Assembly (NCBI GenBank): GCA_010909165.1
Contig: VJWM01000265.1
Location: 117,728 to 181,727, forward strand
Origin: Anthoceros angustus
Lineage: Eukaryota > Plantae > Anthocerotophyta
Reading direction: 5' to 3'
DNA length: 64,000 nt
A model generated the notes under the pieces. That model saw nothing but the letters and a program-made list of their open reading frames with translations, did not search any database and was not told the origin of the DNA. Every line of letters starts with the position of its first letter. The first letter of the stretch is position 1. Shown one piece after another: positions 24,621-36,735 of the stretch. The position numbers and the translations under genes are program-made.

Positions 24621-27269
24621 GAAGAATGAAGAAGTAGCCAGTGCTCAAGTCAGTACGCCAGAGAATATGGCTTTCTGTCTTATGCTAAATGTGCTTGCTT
24701 AACTCCATCCCTGTCCCATGGCTAACTCGTCTGGAGGCTTGCGAACTGGCTGGATCATGGAGTCGGGCAAGCTCTCCTACGAAGGACGGGCAGCTGTACC
24801 AGAAGAGGGATCGGGGGTGCAGGCCTGGAATTTGGCTCAAATCCGGTGGAATCGGGGCTGCAGTTGCCGGACTGAGCTGCAAGAAACAGGTAGATGAACG
24901 GGAGATGATGGCAGTGGCAGTGGTGCAGCAAGGAACAGGTGGATCGTTACCTGGCTGGAAGTACAAGACCATGACATGACAAGCACCCCTGGGCAGCTGT
25001 TGTCTAGTTTACTGCCAGCAGCACCACACTGTTTGGTTGAGATTAAGCTCAGACTCTTCAACGCATCAGCAGACGTGGAGGGAGTGGCTGCAGCAATGGC
25101 AACCTATATGAGTGCTGATCCGTTGTCAGGAGGTGGGAGCCCCGGATCAACATGTGTTCTGGTAGCACATCACTGATGAACCGTTACACCCTGTGATCTG
25201 CCAACCACGAGACTTATCAGGTGAAAAGGCACATGACGAAGTGTCCTCCAGCAGTAGTACATGCACGCCGATATACTGCCACTCGATCTTACCAGTCGGA
25301 GGCCTGCTATGCCGTGGACACCCCATCCTTGATAAATGCACCCTGCAAACCAAGAGGCAAGAGGATTTCACAGCTTACGAGATGGCCTACTGACGTGATC
25401 ATGTCAGCACCACGCCTACTCCAGAGACCCGAATGCCATCTTTCTTGCAGCACATGAACTGGAGGTGAGTCTTCGTCACACCTCAGAGGCAGGATCCCTG
25501 CGCCACACACTTGAAGTATATGGATTCCTGGGCCACACACATGAGGAATACAGATTTTTAGACTATCTAGGGGACTAGACGACGACCGGCACATTCACAA
25601 GAACCCCAAGTGACTCGACCATGCCGGCCTCCTGCAGCATTGTGGAATTGCTGCAACTCCCGATTAACACTAGAAGAGGTCAGGCTCTCTTGGACACTCT
25701 CAAACGTTGAGTCATCCCCACCTACCGTGACTAGCCCACGTCAAAAGCGATTATTTTCTGCCACTGCTCAGATGGGTAACCTATGGCAGATTCCCGCAAT
25801 TCCTCCTACTCTCCGAGCAGACACACTTGGATGACAGGTGCGCACACCACTTAACAGCAAACTCGGCCCTGAACGTAACCTTTACACATCTGGACTAACA
25901 AGGTCCTGTCCTTGAATACGCTCACCGGCACAACAATTTGAAGCAGCTGATAACGTAGGAGAGCCGTCTGTACCATGGAATGAACTTACTTGAACCCACA
26001 GACTGGTATTTAGCAGCCAACCATCATGCGACCACCGACACACGTTAGAAAGGATGAATGGAACAAAGCACATTACTGACTCCGCTCGGTAGGAGTTACC
26101 TCGATAGAATTGCTTAAATTTACTTTAACTGTTAGGTAGACTAATATTCCCTAGGATAAATGTTGTTTATTACTTTTTGGCTTTTTTTTGGTGAATTTGA
26201 TCGAGTATTTACATTCCATATATTGTAGAGGATCCGAAGGGCTTTACATCAGAGACCATATATCCGGCGGCCCACCTCACAACATCAGCTCTGTTTGCGA
26301 GCGAGACAACAGAGATCATATATGTATCAGGAATGGCTTCGGAATGCAATCTTGGTTATCTGAGTTAACTCTGGAACCTGAAATTAGCCAACTAGTTCTT
26401 CGAATCACCGGAACAATAGACGAACTCCGCATCATATCTCCACACATAAGATGTAATCCCCTTAGCTTCAGAATGGAGGCAGACCACCAAGGACCAGAGT
26501 ACTTGGGGGTAAAAGGTACCCCATTCCAAGTAATTCCTTAAACACAGAGTTCCAATGAATTCCTCAAGGGAGGACAAAATATTAATCGAAGGAAAAATAT
26601 TAGTCGAGTCTTATCATATGGGAAAGTGCGCAACCAGGGTGTCACTCCTCAATGGACGTCAAAATATTAACAGAAAACAAAATCTTACCCGAAACTTACC
26701 ATCTAGGGATGTGCGCAACTAAAGAATTGAACCAGGTCAGTATTGTGGGAGAAGAAGAAGATGTCTATTATAGTCCATTTGGACGGAATTTTCTTGTCAT
26801 GGGACTTGGTACTTATTGACTTATACCATGGTGTGCCTAAGCTACTTGCGCGATTGGCATCCACTCCCTCTTCCCCAACTAAGTACCGATCTACGTGCAG
26901 GATGCTTAATAACGGTGTTGTTATAAATGTTTGTCCTTGGGAGAGTACTATGATACCACTACACCAGCTACGTCGATGTCTTTTTGAAGCTTTGGATAGG
27001 TGCTCCCACACATAATTCGACAAATTTATCCTACTAAAGTTTATATAATATGATATAAGATAAGCAGCTACACATGTTTAGCTCTAATCTATCAAGGGAT
27101 ATAAAAATATGATAGCTCAGATGGCTTGCAATAAAAATATATGAATAAAAAAGAGAAGTCACATGCGTTTAAGGTTGTCTGTGCTCCAGGTCGAGTAGCT
27201 TTTCTTTTTGTGGTGATGTATTGGTTGTTTTTAATCCTCGTCTTCACAATATACCTTATGGAATAAATT

Positions 27270-27665
27270 CTTTAACGTTAGGAAAATGAGGCCTTACTTA
27301 ATTCTAAAATGATCTTACATTTATCAACACCGAAGATGCTATAATTTGAAGGTATCTTTTCTGGGAACCGAGCAGTACTTAGAAAAAATGAATGTGAACT
27401 GACATTTGTGCAAATTATGTAAGAGAAACTTCGCAAAGCAAGATGGTACACAAATGGCTTGGTTTTGTAATAAACCAAGACGTTTGTATTCCATTTGCTG
27501 TATCAAGGTTTTGTTACATTTATAATTTAGACAAATATTGATAATCATTTAGTTTTCCAACTATTGCATAGCCTCCAAAAAAGATACACCTTCAAATTAT
27601 TGAATCGAGAAACCAATATTTTCAGCAGTATGCAATGCCTCAAATTTCCAAAAAGTCCAATGACA
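27270..27665. repeat. AT-rich dispersed repeat, copy 2 (copy 1 at ~19300-19660)
   Basis: Manual alignment with 19300-19660. Confidence 0.75.
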
Positions 27666-27747
27666 TGTCATCAATATTTGTATAAATTATAAATGTAACA
27701 AAAACTCAGCTTTTCCAAAAAGTCCCAGCTCCATGGCCCTGTGGGGC

Positions 27748-28235
27748 CACCTATTATAAATTGTGCCCTCGTCTCCTCACGGGGCCGCTAGTTGTCATTG
27801 TCTTACGGGGCTACTTCATATTAATCTCCCACCTATTATAAATTGTGCCCTCGTCTCCTCGCGGGGCCGCTAGTTGTCATTGTCTTACGGGCTACTCCAT
27901 ATTAAACTCCCACCTATTATAAATTGTGCCCTCGTCTCCTCGCGGGGCTGCTAGTTGTCATTGTCTTACGGGGCTACTCCATATTAAACTCCACCTATTA
28001 TAAATTGTGCCCTCGTCTCCTCACGGGGCCGCTAGTTGTCATTGTCTTACGGGGCTACTTCATATTAATCTCCCACCTATTATAAATTGTGCCCTCGTCT
28101 CCTCGCGGGGCGCTAGTTGTCATTGTCTTACGGGCTACTCCATATTAAACTCCCACCTATTATAAATTGTGCCCTCGTCTCCTCGCGGGGCTGCTAGTTG
28201 TCATTGTCTTACGGGGCTACTCCATATTAAACTCC
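27748..28235. repeat. ~82-bp tandem repeat x6, arranged as a 3-unit higher-order repeat x2
   Basis: Unit CACCTATTATAAATTGTGCCCTCGTCTCCTC(A/G)CGGGGC...ATATTAA(T/A)CTCC; variants run in the order ABC-ABC. Confidence 0.95.
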
Positions 28236-28489
28236 CAGAACGGACTTCAATGTATACTTTGAAATATCTGCATAAAGTCTCCAAATTCTCTGAAAAACAC
28301 CATTGGCTCAAGCTTTAACCAAAGTCTTCACAATCCGCTTTCCTAACATAACCTTTGCGTTCAAGTTCCATGTATCCCTTTCAAATATTTAATCAGTTTT
28401 TATTTTTAGGACAATGAGGAGGGCTTCCCATTTTAAACTACCCCTCAACATTTAACCAGTTTTCATTTTTATGACACAAGGTCAGGGCT

Positions 28490-28700
28490 GCAAACGGGGA
28501 GAAAACTTTGTCAGATAAGATCTCCAGCTTCGCTGACGCATTGCTTGACCGAGAATTTGTGATCAGCTTAAAGCAGTTACTTGCGGTAAGTTCGAGATCC
28601 CGCAAGATTGTAAAGGAAGCACTCAGGGGGGTCCCTGAAGCTGTGGGAACAGGAAGACGGCCAGTGGAGGTAAATGTGGTCGAACTCGAGGGCTTCCCAT
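28490..28700 (+). mobile_element. Short Ty3/gypsy gag-pol-like fragment
   Basis: ADALLDREFVISLKQLLAVSSRSRKIVKEAL resembles the pre-protease region of plant gypsy polyproteins. GAGGGCTTCCCATTT occurs three times around it. Confidence 0.35.
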
Positions 28701-29069
28701 TTTTATGACCCTCGGAGGGCTTCCCATTTCAGTAGTGATTCGCCTCAAAATACGTAACCGTGAACTTTCTGGTTAGGGGTTTGTATTTCCTGGGACGTCG
28801 TCTTGGCTAGTGTGTAGCCGGCGTCCCTCTGGTCTGGTCGTTTCTCGCTCTCGGGGATGGTCGTTTACTCCCCTACGGTTTCCTCCGGTTGTGAGCTCGC
28901 TCCTTCTTCTTCCAATTAATAAAGCTCAGTTTCTCTAAAGAAAAACTGTAGACTGCCTTTCGTTTTCTGCTCATGTTTGTTCATTGGACTGTTGGTTTGG
29001 TACAGTCGAACAAAGCTTGCGTATGATCCCACAAGGCTATGTTCGGGCATCTGGATAACACAAAGAGGA

Positions 29070-29520
29070 GAAAGCTTGGGAAGATGAGAATTGCTGCCTC
29101 GAGCAGAGGAGAACGCACCGCAGAAAGCTCGGGGATATGAAAATTGCTGTCTCGAGGCATGGAAGAACGCTCCGCGGAAAGCTTGGGAATATGAAAATTG
29201 CTGTCTCGAGGCATAGGAGACACTGCACAGAAAGCTCGGGGATATGGAACGAGATGAAGTTTGCTGGATCGAGTAGGAGAATGCTCCTCCTGCGAAGAAG
29301 CAGTCACGGCCAACCTGCAATTCTGCCTCGGCATTACGACATCCTGCTGAGACTTGCCAAAGTTTGTAACGCTCTCTAGTGGTACAACCTACGTAAGCAA
29401 GTCTCGTGTTGGAACTGACTTCTGGGAAACGCGAGCAGTGCAGAACTCGCTGAAGCCTGAAGGAAGCGGAGGATTGCGAACACTCCGAGTAGCTTCACCA
29501 AGTGCTCTAACTCTGCATAC
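29070..29520. repeat. Dispersed element copy 2 with three-plus 53-54-bp units (copy 1 at 21730-22095)
   Basis: GAAAGCT(T/C)GGG(G/A)ATATGAAAATTGCTGTCTCGAGGCAT... units followed by the shared unique body. Confidence 0.9.
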
Positions 29521-30074
29521 ATGCGAGCCCTTGGCACAGTAGCTGGCAGACTCATGGAGCGTAAGTACGGCGCGGTGGCTTGCCAACTCTTTCCATAGCG
29601 GACACGGATGTGGTCAGGGTTGTTTCGTCATGATCCTGCAGCCCAAGGCTGTGAACAGACACGACTCGGCTTGGTCCGAGTAGGAGGAGAGCTCCTGGAT
29701 GCAAGGGTGTGGCCTCTCAAGGACTGGTGAGTTCCAAGGACCACGCTGCCTGACTAAAGCCGGAAATCATACCGGATACTCCCTTCCCGATCACCAAGGG
29801 TTTCCGTCTTTTTGACTGCTGCCGTTCGAGCTACATGGCCAGCTGCCAACGCGCCCGCCTTCTAAGCTCAAGCTCCGATCTGAGCCATCCAGGTACGGGC
29901 AGCTGGTGTCCAGCCGTGCGTTCAACATCCTGACAAGACCCCGATTTTGCAACAGAGAGGAGGAAGTTCTCAAGAGAAGCAGATATGGCGTCGCAGTCGG
30001 CACCTTGGAGAGAAGGCGCCAGCCTGGAAAGGTATATACAGTTGGTGAGCAGTGTAGCCGACTGCGGGCTATCC

Positions 30075-30130
30075 CCTGGGTTGGGCTGGGCCGGGCTGGG
30101 CCGGGCTGGCATGGCATGGCATGGCCTGGC
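30075..30130. repeat. Pentanucleotide microsatellites (CTGGG/CCGGG)n followed by (ATGGC)n
   Basis: Read directly from the sequence. Confidence 0.85.
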
Positions 30131-30576
30131 CCACACACGAAAGCCTGCTTACTTTTTTCCGCAGTGCAACCGTGCCCCCCACTTCCGCCCTGCGCAGTGC
30201 TCTCTACCTTGGCCTCAGCTTTCGGCCCGGCCCGGCCCGGTAAGATTATGTGAGACGTGCTTTCGGGTGTTGTTTAGACCACGGCCCGCCCTGTCGGTAG
30301 GCGCGGCTGGCTGCCTGCCTGCCCCTGGTGATGGGAAGCAAGGCAGAGTAGGGGAAGGGAGGGAAGGAAAAGCGAAGGAAGGAAAGGAAAGGAAGAGGAA
30401 GGATAGGTTGGGTTTGCCAGAGCAAGGCAGGGGCGTGCAGCAGGAACATGAAGGGCAGCGGGTCGTCGTGATGGAGATCGAGCAGGCCCTGAAGGGCAGC
30501 GGCAGCACCTGAGGACCCAGGTTGTTTTGCTTGGATTGGAGTGTGTGGGTTTTGGGTGTGGATTTGTCGGGTGAAG

Positions 30577-32502
30577 ATGAGCTCCGATGGATTCCGCGAG
30601 AGAAAGCGGGATGCGGGGACGGAGACGGAGCCGCTGGAGAGGGAGGCAGAGGACGGGCCTCTGCATCCCCGGGGGCCCTCCAGGCACTGGAGGCTGCTGG
30701 ATCTTGTGACGGGAGCGATCATTGCGTCGGTTGTGATCGTGTTCGTGCTCATCTTCACGCCCATGGGGGATTCCACAGCTGCGGCGGGCCGGCGTGCGCT
30801 GGCTCAGCTGGCGTCGGATCCGCAGAACCGGGACAAAATTTTGAGGTGGGTGCAGGAGAAGGGGCTGCCTGTGGAGCCGTGTGATCAGGGGCTCACTGAT
30901 CACATTCCGTGCCACGACCCTAGGCGGGCTGCGCGCTTCAGCAAGGAGAGGAACGAGTACAGGGAGAGGCACTGCCCTCCGCCCAGGGAGAAGCTTGCAT
31001 GCCTCGTTCCTCCCCCCGAGGGGTACCAGATCCCAATCCGGTGGCCGCAGAGCTTGCATGAGGTGTGGTATGCCAACATGCCGCACAAGAAGATCGCGGA
31101 GAAGAAGGGGAATCAGAATTGGATGAGGCTGGAGGGTGAGAAATTCGTGTTTCCAGGGGGAGGCACCATGTTTCCTGATGGGGCTATCAAGTACATTCAG
31201 AAGCTGGCAGGGTGGATCCCGCTGGAGACCGGGGAGATCCGCACGGCGCTCGATGTTGGGTGTGGGGTGGCCTCCTTCGGGGCTTATCTACTGCGGAAGG
31301 AGGTGCTTACTGTGTCCTTCGCACCCAGGGATTCTCACAAGGCTCAGATTCAGTTTGCTCTGGAGAGAGGGATTCCCGCGTTTGTGGGAATGCTGGGCAC
31401 CAAGAGGCTGCCCTTCCCGTCCAGAGCATTCGATCTGGTGCACTGTTCCAGGTGCTTGATCCCCTTCACGGCCTACAATGGCTCCTACCTTCTGGAGATG
31501 GACAGACTGCTACGGCCAGGAGGGTACTTTGTGCTCTCTGGCCCCCCTGTCAAGTGGGCTGGCCAGGAGGCAGAGTGGAATGATTTGCAGATTCTGGCCA
31601 AAGGAATGTGTTACCAAAAGCTGGTGGTGCAGGACAGCACTGCCATCTTCCAGAAGTCATTGAACCATTCCTGCTTTGCCGGCAGACGGAAGCCATATCC
31701 TCCTCTCTGCAGCAAAAGAGAGGACCCTGATGCAGCATGGTACGTTCCTCTCTCGTCGTGTGTCACCAGGTTGCCTCCACTGGAGGACGACGATGAGGCA
31801 TGGGCAGGAGGCAGGATCCCGCGCTGGCCACTCCGGCTGGAGGAACCTCCGAGGAGGATGGTGGAGCTGGCATCCCTCCCGTCTGGAGTGGGCTCTGCTG
31901 CCGGCAGTAGGAGGTCAGATCTTGCCTTTGCTAACAAAGATGGGTCATCTTCACCCACCACCGACTTCAAGGCTGATTCACGGCGATGGAGGCAGCGTGT
32001 GGCGCGGTATGAAGAGATTCTGTTGGGCCAGTTTCATGAGGTAGGTGTGAGGAACGTGCTGGACATGAATGCAGGGTACGGAGGATTTGCAGCGGCCCTG
32101 GTTCCCGAGCCCTTGTGGGTCATGAACGTGGTTCCAATAGGAAGTGACTCGCTACCCGACACGCTACCTGTCATTTACGATCGTGGGCTCATAGGGATGT
32201 ATCACGACTGGTGTGAAGCATTCTCCACCTACCCTCGGACCTACGACCTCATCCATGTCGTGAACGTCAGAGCCTTCACCACGGACCTGAAGAGGTGCAG
32301 CCTGGTGGAGGTCATGCTGGAGATGGACCGCATTTTGAGGCCCGAGGGAACAGTTATATTTAGGGACGGGCCCAAGATGTTGGAGAGCATCGCCAAACTC
32401 TCCAAGGCAATCAGATGGGACACAGCGCTCTTTGACCCTGAAACCAGCTCTGGAGGGAACAAGAGACTGCTGGTGGCGAAGAAACGGTTTTGGAAGGCTT
32501 AG
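30577..32502 (+). CDS. QUA3: Golgi SAM-dependent (pectin) methyltransferase of the PMT13/QUASIMODO3 type (DUF248), intronless
   Basis: N-terminal WRLLDLVT..TM..FTPMGDSTAAAGR, then IPCHDPRR, FPGGGTMFP, ALDVGCGVASFG, FAPRDSHKAQIQFALERG, RNVLDMNAGYGGFAA and YHDWCEAFSTYPRTYDLIH. It closely resembles Arabidopsis PMT13 as I recall it. Confidence 0.88.
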   Translation: MSSDGFRERKRDAGTETEPLEREAEDGPLHPRGPSRHWRLLDLVTGAIIASVVIVFVLIFTPMGDSTAAAGRRALAQLASDPQNRDKILRWVQEKGLPVEPCDQGLTDHIPCHDPRRAARFSKERNEYRERHCPPPREKLACLVPPPEGYQIPIRWPQSLHEVWYANMPHKKIAEKKGNQNWMRLEGEKFVFPGGGTMFPDGAIKYIQKLAGWIPLETGEIRTALDVGCGVASFGAYLLRKEVLTVSFAPRDSHKAQIQFALERGIPAFVGMLGTKRLPFPSRAFDLVHCSRCLIPFTAYNGSYLLEMDRLLRPGGYFVLSGPPVKWAGQEAEWNDLQILAKGMCYQKLVVQDSTAIFQKSLNHSCFAGRRKPYPPLCSKREDPDAAWYVPLSSCVTRLPPLEDDDEAWAGGRIPRWPLRLEEPPRRMVELASLPSGVGSAAGSRRSDLAFANKDGSSSPTTDFKADSRRWRQRVARYEEILLGQFHEVGVRNVLDMNAGYGGFAAALVPEPLWVMNVVPIGSDSLPDTLPVIYDRGLIGMYHDWCEAFSTYPRTYDLIHVVNVRAFTTDLKRCSLVEVMLEMDRILRPEGTVIFRDGPKMLESIAKLSKAIRWDTALFDPETSSGGNKRLLVAKKRFWKA

Positions 32503-32957
32503 GATGTTTGTTGCACCAGGAAGCCCCACCATCCTGTGTTTGTGCCAGCAAGCAATAACAGTGCACATGAGCAAGTCGCTGCTTCCACAGTGCTCAGCTC
32601 TCTTTTCGAAGCACATCATCCCAACTCTAATCAGCCATCCCGGCGGCTTCGATTCTCCAGTCATGGGCAGCACCCATGGGAGTCACACGGCAAGCAAGGC
32701 AATGCTGAGAGACCTCCAGTCAGGAGGTGAAGGTGTGGCCCCTCTGCTTCTTCAAGGTCAACTAACTTGTCACTCCTGAGTTCGATTCTTTCTACACATC
32801 ATTTGTCCATCGGAAATTTGTTTCACAGAGGGTTTAGTTGTGGCCCTCCATATTGAAACTCTGGGGGGCGTCGACCCCTCCATTTTGAAATCTGCTTGCA
32901 AGTCTCTGCAGCGATTGTGAAGGCGCCACTTCCTTGCAGTCCCCTTGCGCTACTCTA

Positions 32958-33114
32958 AAGTGAGCGCTACTCGAACTAGTCACAGTTGTGGACCTCTGAA
33001 GTGAGCGCTACTTGGACTAGTTGCAGTTGTGGACCTCTGAAGTGAGCGCTACTTGGACTAGATGCAGTTGTGGACCTCTAAAGTGAGCGCTACTCTTTGT
33101 AGTTGTAGACCTCT
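32958..33114. repeat. 41-bp minisatellite (AAGTGAGCGCTACTTGGACTAGTTGCAGTTGTGGACCTCTG) x ~3.7
   Basis: Read directly from the sequence. Confidence 0.9.
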
Positions 33115-34851
33115 ACACTGAACTACTAGTCTATCGGGATCGACTAACTGATCTGACAGTCAGACAACATCCACCAAACATTGGTTTTCGCAAGGGGTTC
33201 AGATATGGTCCGTGCCCTGGTGTAACAAGGAAACTTGGGGCGGGCAGGGCTCACGCAGACGCGAGCAGGATCCACTCATCATGCTTGCAAAACCTTAGTT
33301 TTGGAAGGATCGGACTTTAAGGTGGTGGCAGTGAATAGAAGTAGCCGTTCCGTGGGTGCGCACTTTGTCTCCCCGCCATGGGTTATATGGACGTATGCCT
33401 TTGGTCATTTATTCTGTAGCAGGCATCCTGGTTGCGTACGTGATTTATGGACAATATAACTCCAATTTCACAGCAATATAGCTGCAGTTCGTCATTAAAT
33501 AAAATTCTTGTTATGGTGTTTGTCACCATTGAGATTTATTCATACACCAGATATTATTGACAAGTTTGATTTGGTTCACTTGTACCTTTTTATGAAGCAC
33601 CCGAAGGGTCTTACAACAACAAAGTTTGATTTGGTTTATTAATACCTTGCAAAGCCTCGACAACCCAATTATGGAATACCGATCTGGTCACACGGCAGAG
33701 TGTATGTTACTTTGTTTTTTTTTTTTGGGTGTACACTACGGAAATATGCCACAGCATCTTTCAGATACTTTCGTACAATACACGTATAACACATACCACA
33801 TCAGCTTATGTAGGTTTGTATGCGGAGCAAAAAACTTCTATGACACGATCATAGGCTTGGTGTTCCGATTGTCATGCAAATGTTTTTCTTTAGGGTTTTA
33901 GGATTCCGATCACCACACATACATGTTAAACAGGCAGCCAAAACACATACTGCAGCCCCATAGGCAGCAGGCCTAGGAAACGTTGCAGCCCTGTATGCAG
34001 CCAGTGCCAAACACTGCAGCCTTGCACATAAGGGCAAACGCACTCAGCCGCGACGCAAACACGGACGACGAGTGCAGCACAAATGCAATTGCAAACGGTG
34101 AGGGCAGCGCGAACGCAACCACTAACATGTGGAGCCCCGTGCCGTAATGGCGCGGCAACGCAAATGACCTACACCCAACCCTAAACCCAAGAGAAGAAAA
34201 GTCTCTGTGTATCGTGAAATCTTTTCGTGCATCATGGGGTAGGTTGACGACATCGGTACATCAGGGGGCCGCAGCCCCGACTGATGTGGTCATATGTGAC
34301 ATACCGAAATAGTGCCGCCGTATGTGGTGGGACTATTTCTTTCTGTCCACAACCCTAAAAAAATGTGGATGCAACGTGACCAGATCGGTATTCCGTAACC
34401 AATACCACCTTAGTGAGAAAAAGAGTAGAACGAATATGGACTGTCATCTATATGCAAGCTTGCCAAGCTTGCTGAACTCAAGATTATGAGATGAGTTGCC
34501 AGTGAAGAGGCATAGTAAACCCAGAATAGTATGAGTTTACTATGTACCATCACGAGCGGAACGACACGTTAGAAAAACAAGCTGACCCGTCATAGTATAC
34601 AAGCAATTCGCTCTCAAATCCCGACAGAGCATAACTGGCCTATATGTAGGTATGTACCATACCATACACGTATAAAATTCTAGTGCGTGTGTGACTTCTG
34701 CTAATAAAAGCCATTAAAAGCTAGGTTGCTACTGAGGAGAGCCGGGAGCTGAAGTAGACTACTCCAGTCTCCGCAAACCTAAGGATTCGGTGCTGTCGGC
34801 ACCGGGTTGTTCTGCTGATCAGTCTGCGGGTCACCATATCCGCGCTGAACC

Positions 34852-36735
34852 ATGGCGCATTTCGATCTCACCGCCAAGGTGGCTCCCTACCTGGACCGTC
34901 ATCTTGTGTTCCCACTCCTGGAATTTCTGCAAGACAAGCAACTGTATGCGGAAGAGCAGATTTTGAAGGCTAAGATCGAGCTTCTGTCCAAGACAAACAT
35001 GGTAGACTATGCCATGGACATCCACAAGAACCTCTATCACACAGAGGATGTTCCCCAAGGTTAGCCACTGCCATTTCCTGGTTGCTGCTGAACTAGGGCT
35101 AGTAGAGTGATTCCCTCATGTTGCCGTGCTTGTAACTGGACAGATATGGTGGAGAGGCGTGTCGAGGTTGTAGGGAGGCTGAAGTCTCTCGAGGATGCTG
35201 CTGCGCCGCTTGTCAGCTTCCTCCAAAACCCGGCCTACGTGTCGGACCTTCGCTCTGACAAGCAGTATAATTTGCAGATGCTGCATGAGCGATATCAGAT
35301 TGGGGGCGAGCAAATAGAGGCTCTGTATCACTTTGCCAAGTTTCAGTTTGAGTGTGGAAACTATTCTGGAGCATCGGACTACTTATTTCAGTACCGTATG
35401 CTCTGCAATAACACCGAGAGAAGCATTAGTGCTTTGTGGGGGAAGCTGGCTGCGGAGGTGTTGATGCAGAATTGGGATGTGGCTGTCGAGGAGTTGAACC
35501 GCCTGAAGGAGATCGTGGATTCAAAGGTATGGGCTAGTCTTTCCCATGCCGCTAGCCCCGTGTTGATTGTTACGTCTACCCACTTGATTTTAACTCGTTA
35601 TTTTGTCGATTGATGCAGAGTTTCTCCTCACCGCTGAACCAGCTGCAACAGCGCACGTGGCTGATGCATTGGAGTTTGTTCATATTTTTCAACCACGAGA
35701 ATGGTCGGAATGCCATCATCGATTTGTTCTTTCAGGAAAGGTAGTGATATCTAATCTATTTTGACAAATCTACGTTGTGTGGCAGATACTGTAGAGAGAA
35801 TTGTTGTTCGGTACGTAACCTGTGTGAGATTTTCTAGGTACTTGAATGCGATCCAGACCAATGCACATCATCTTCTACGGTACCTTGCAGCTGCATGCAT
35901 TGTGAACAAAAGGAGGCGGAACATGTTGAAAGAGCTCATCAAAGTGATTCAGCAGGAGCATTACACCTATAAGGACCCTATCACAGAGTTTCTTGAGTGT
36001 CTATATGTGAACTATGACTTCGAGGGGGCACAGAAAAAATTACGCGAGTGTGAGGAGGCAAGGGTTTTTCTTCCAGTAACTGTTCTTCTATTGAAGTCCA
36101 AGTCTCCAGCATGTATTACTCACTTAGGGATGATTGCTGTGCTCACCCGAAAACCTGGAATTGTTGCAGCTTATTGTGAATGACTTCTTCCTTGGAAAGC
36201 AAGCACAGGAGAATGGTTTTGTATCTATTCCACTTAGGGATGAGTTCCTTGAGAATGCCCGTTTATTCGTCTTCGAGACTTATTGTCGGATTCACCAATG
36301 CATCGACATAGGGTAAATCCCGCACAACCTCACATGGGTGAAGTAAGTGTAGTTAGTGCCTCGATGCTTTTTTCTACAAGTGCCTGAGTAGGTGGGTTTG
36401 GACTGTGCAGTATGTTGTCGCAAAAGCTCAACATGAACTACGATGATGCTGAACGATGGATAGTGAATCTCATTCGAAATGCAAGGCTGGATGCGAAGAT
36501 CGATTCAAGGATGGGGACAGTTGTGATGGGAACGCAGCATCCCAATGTGTCAGTATTCCCTCAGGAGGTTCTTTTGTTGCCCATGTTTATCAGAGGGAAG
36601 CTGAAAGTTTTCCTGTCGCTTTTTGGTTGCAGGTATGAGCAGATAATTGAGAAGACAAAACAGTTGTCTGTCCGGAGCTATTTGCTGGCAAACAACGTTC
36701 TAGGTCTTGTGTATCCAGCTGGTGCTGCACGTTAG
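34852..36735 (+). CDS. EIF3E: Translation initiation factor eIF3 subunit E (INT6), 7 exons
   Basis: Motifs include [68 protein letters not shown] and [20 protein letters not shown]. Confidence 0.96.

Noticed and set aside
24650-26060. Possible gene downstream of the first GRP gene
   Set aside because: Only short ORFs with stops in all frames and no recognisable domain; this may be UTR or a pseudogene.
30246-32673. Multiple overlapping alternative-frame ORFs around the QUA3-like gene
   Set aside because: These are GC-rich shadow frames and low-complexity microsatellite translations.
27748-33114. 82-bp and 41-bp arrays as CRISPR arrays
   Set aside because: The units are head-to-tail with no unique spacers, there are no cas genes, and the context is eukaryotic and intron-containing.
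33889-34360. Scattered TTTAGGG/AACCCTAAA words upstream of eIF3e as interstitial telomere
   Set aside because: They are isolated single units, at most telo-box-like, and 0.5-1 kb from the start codon.
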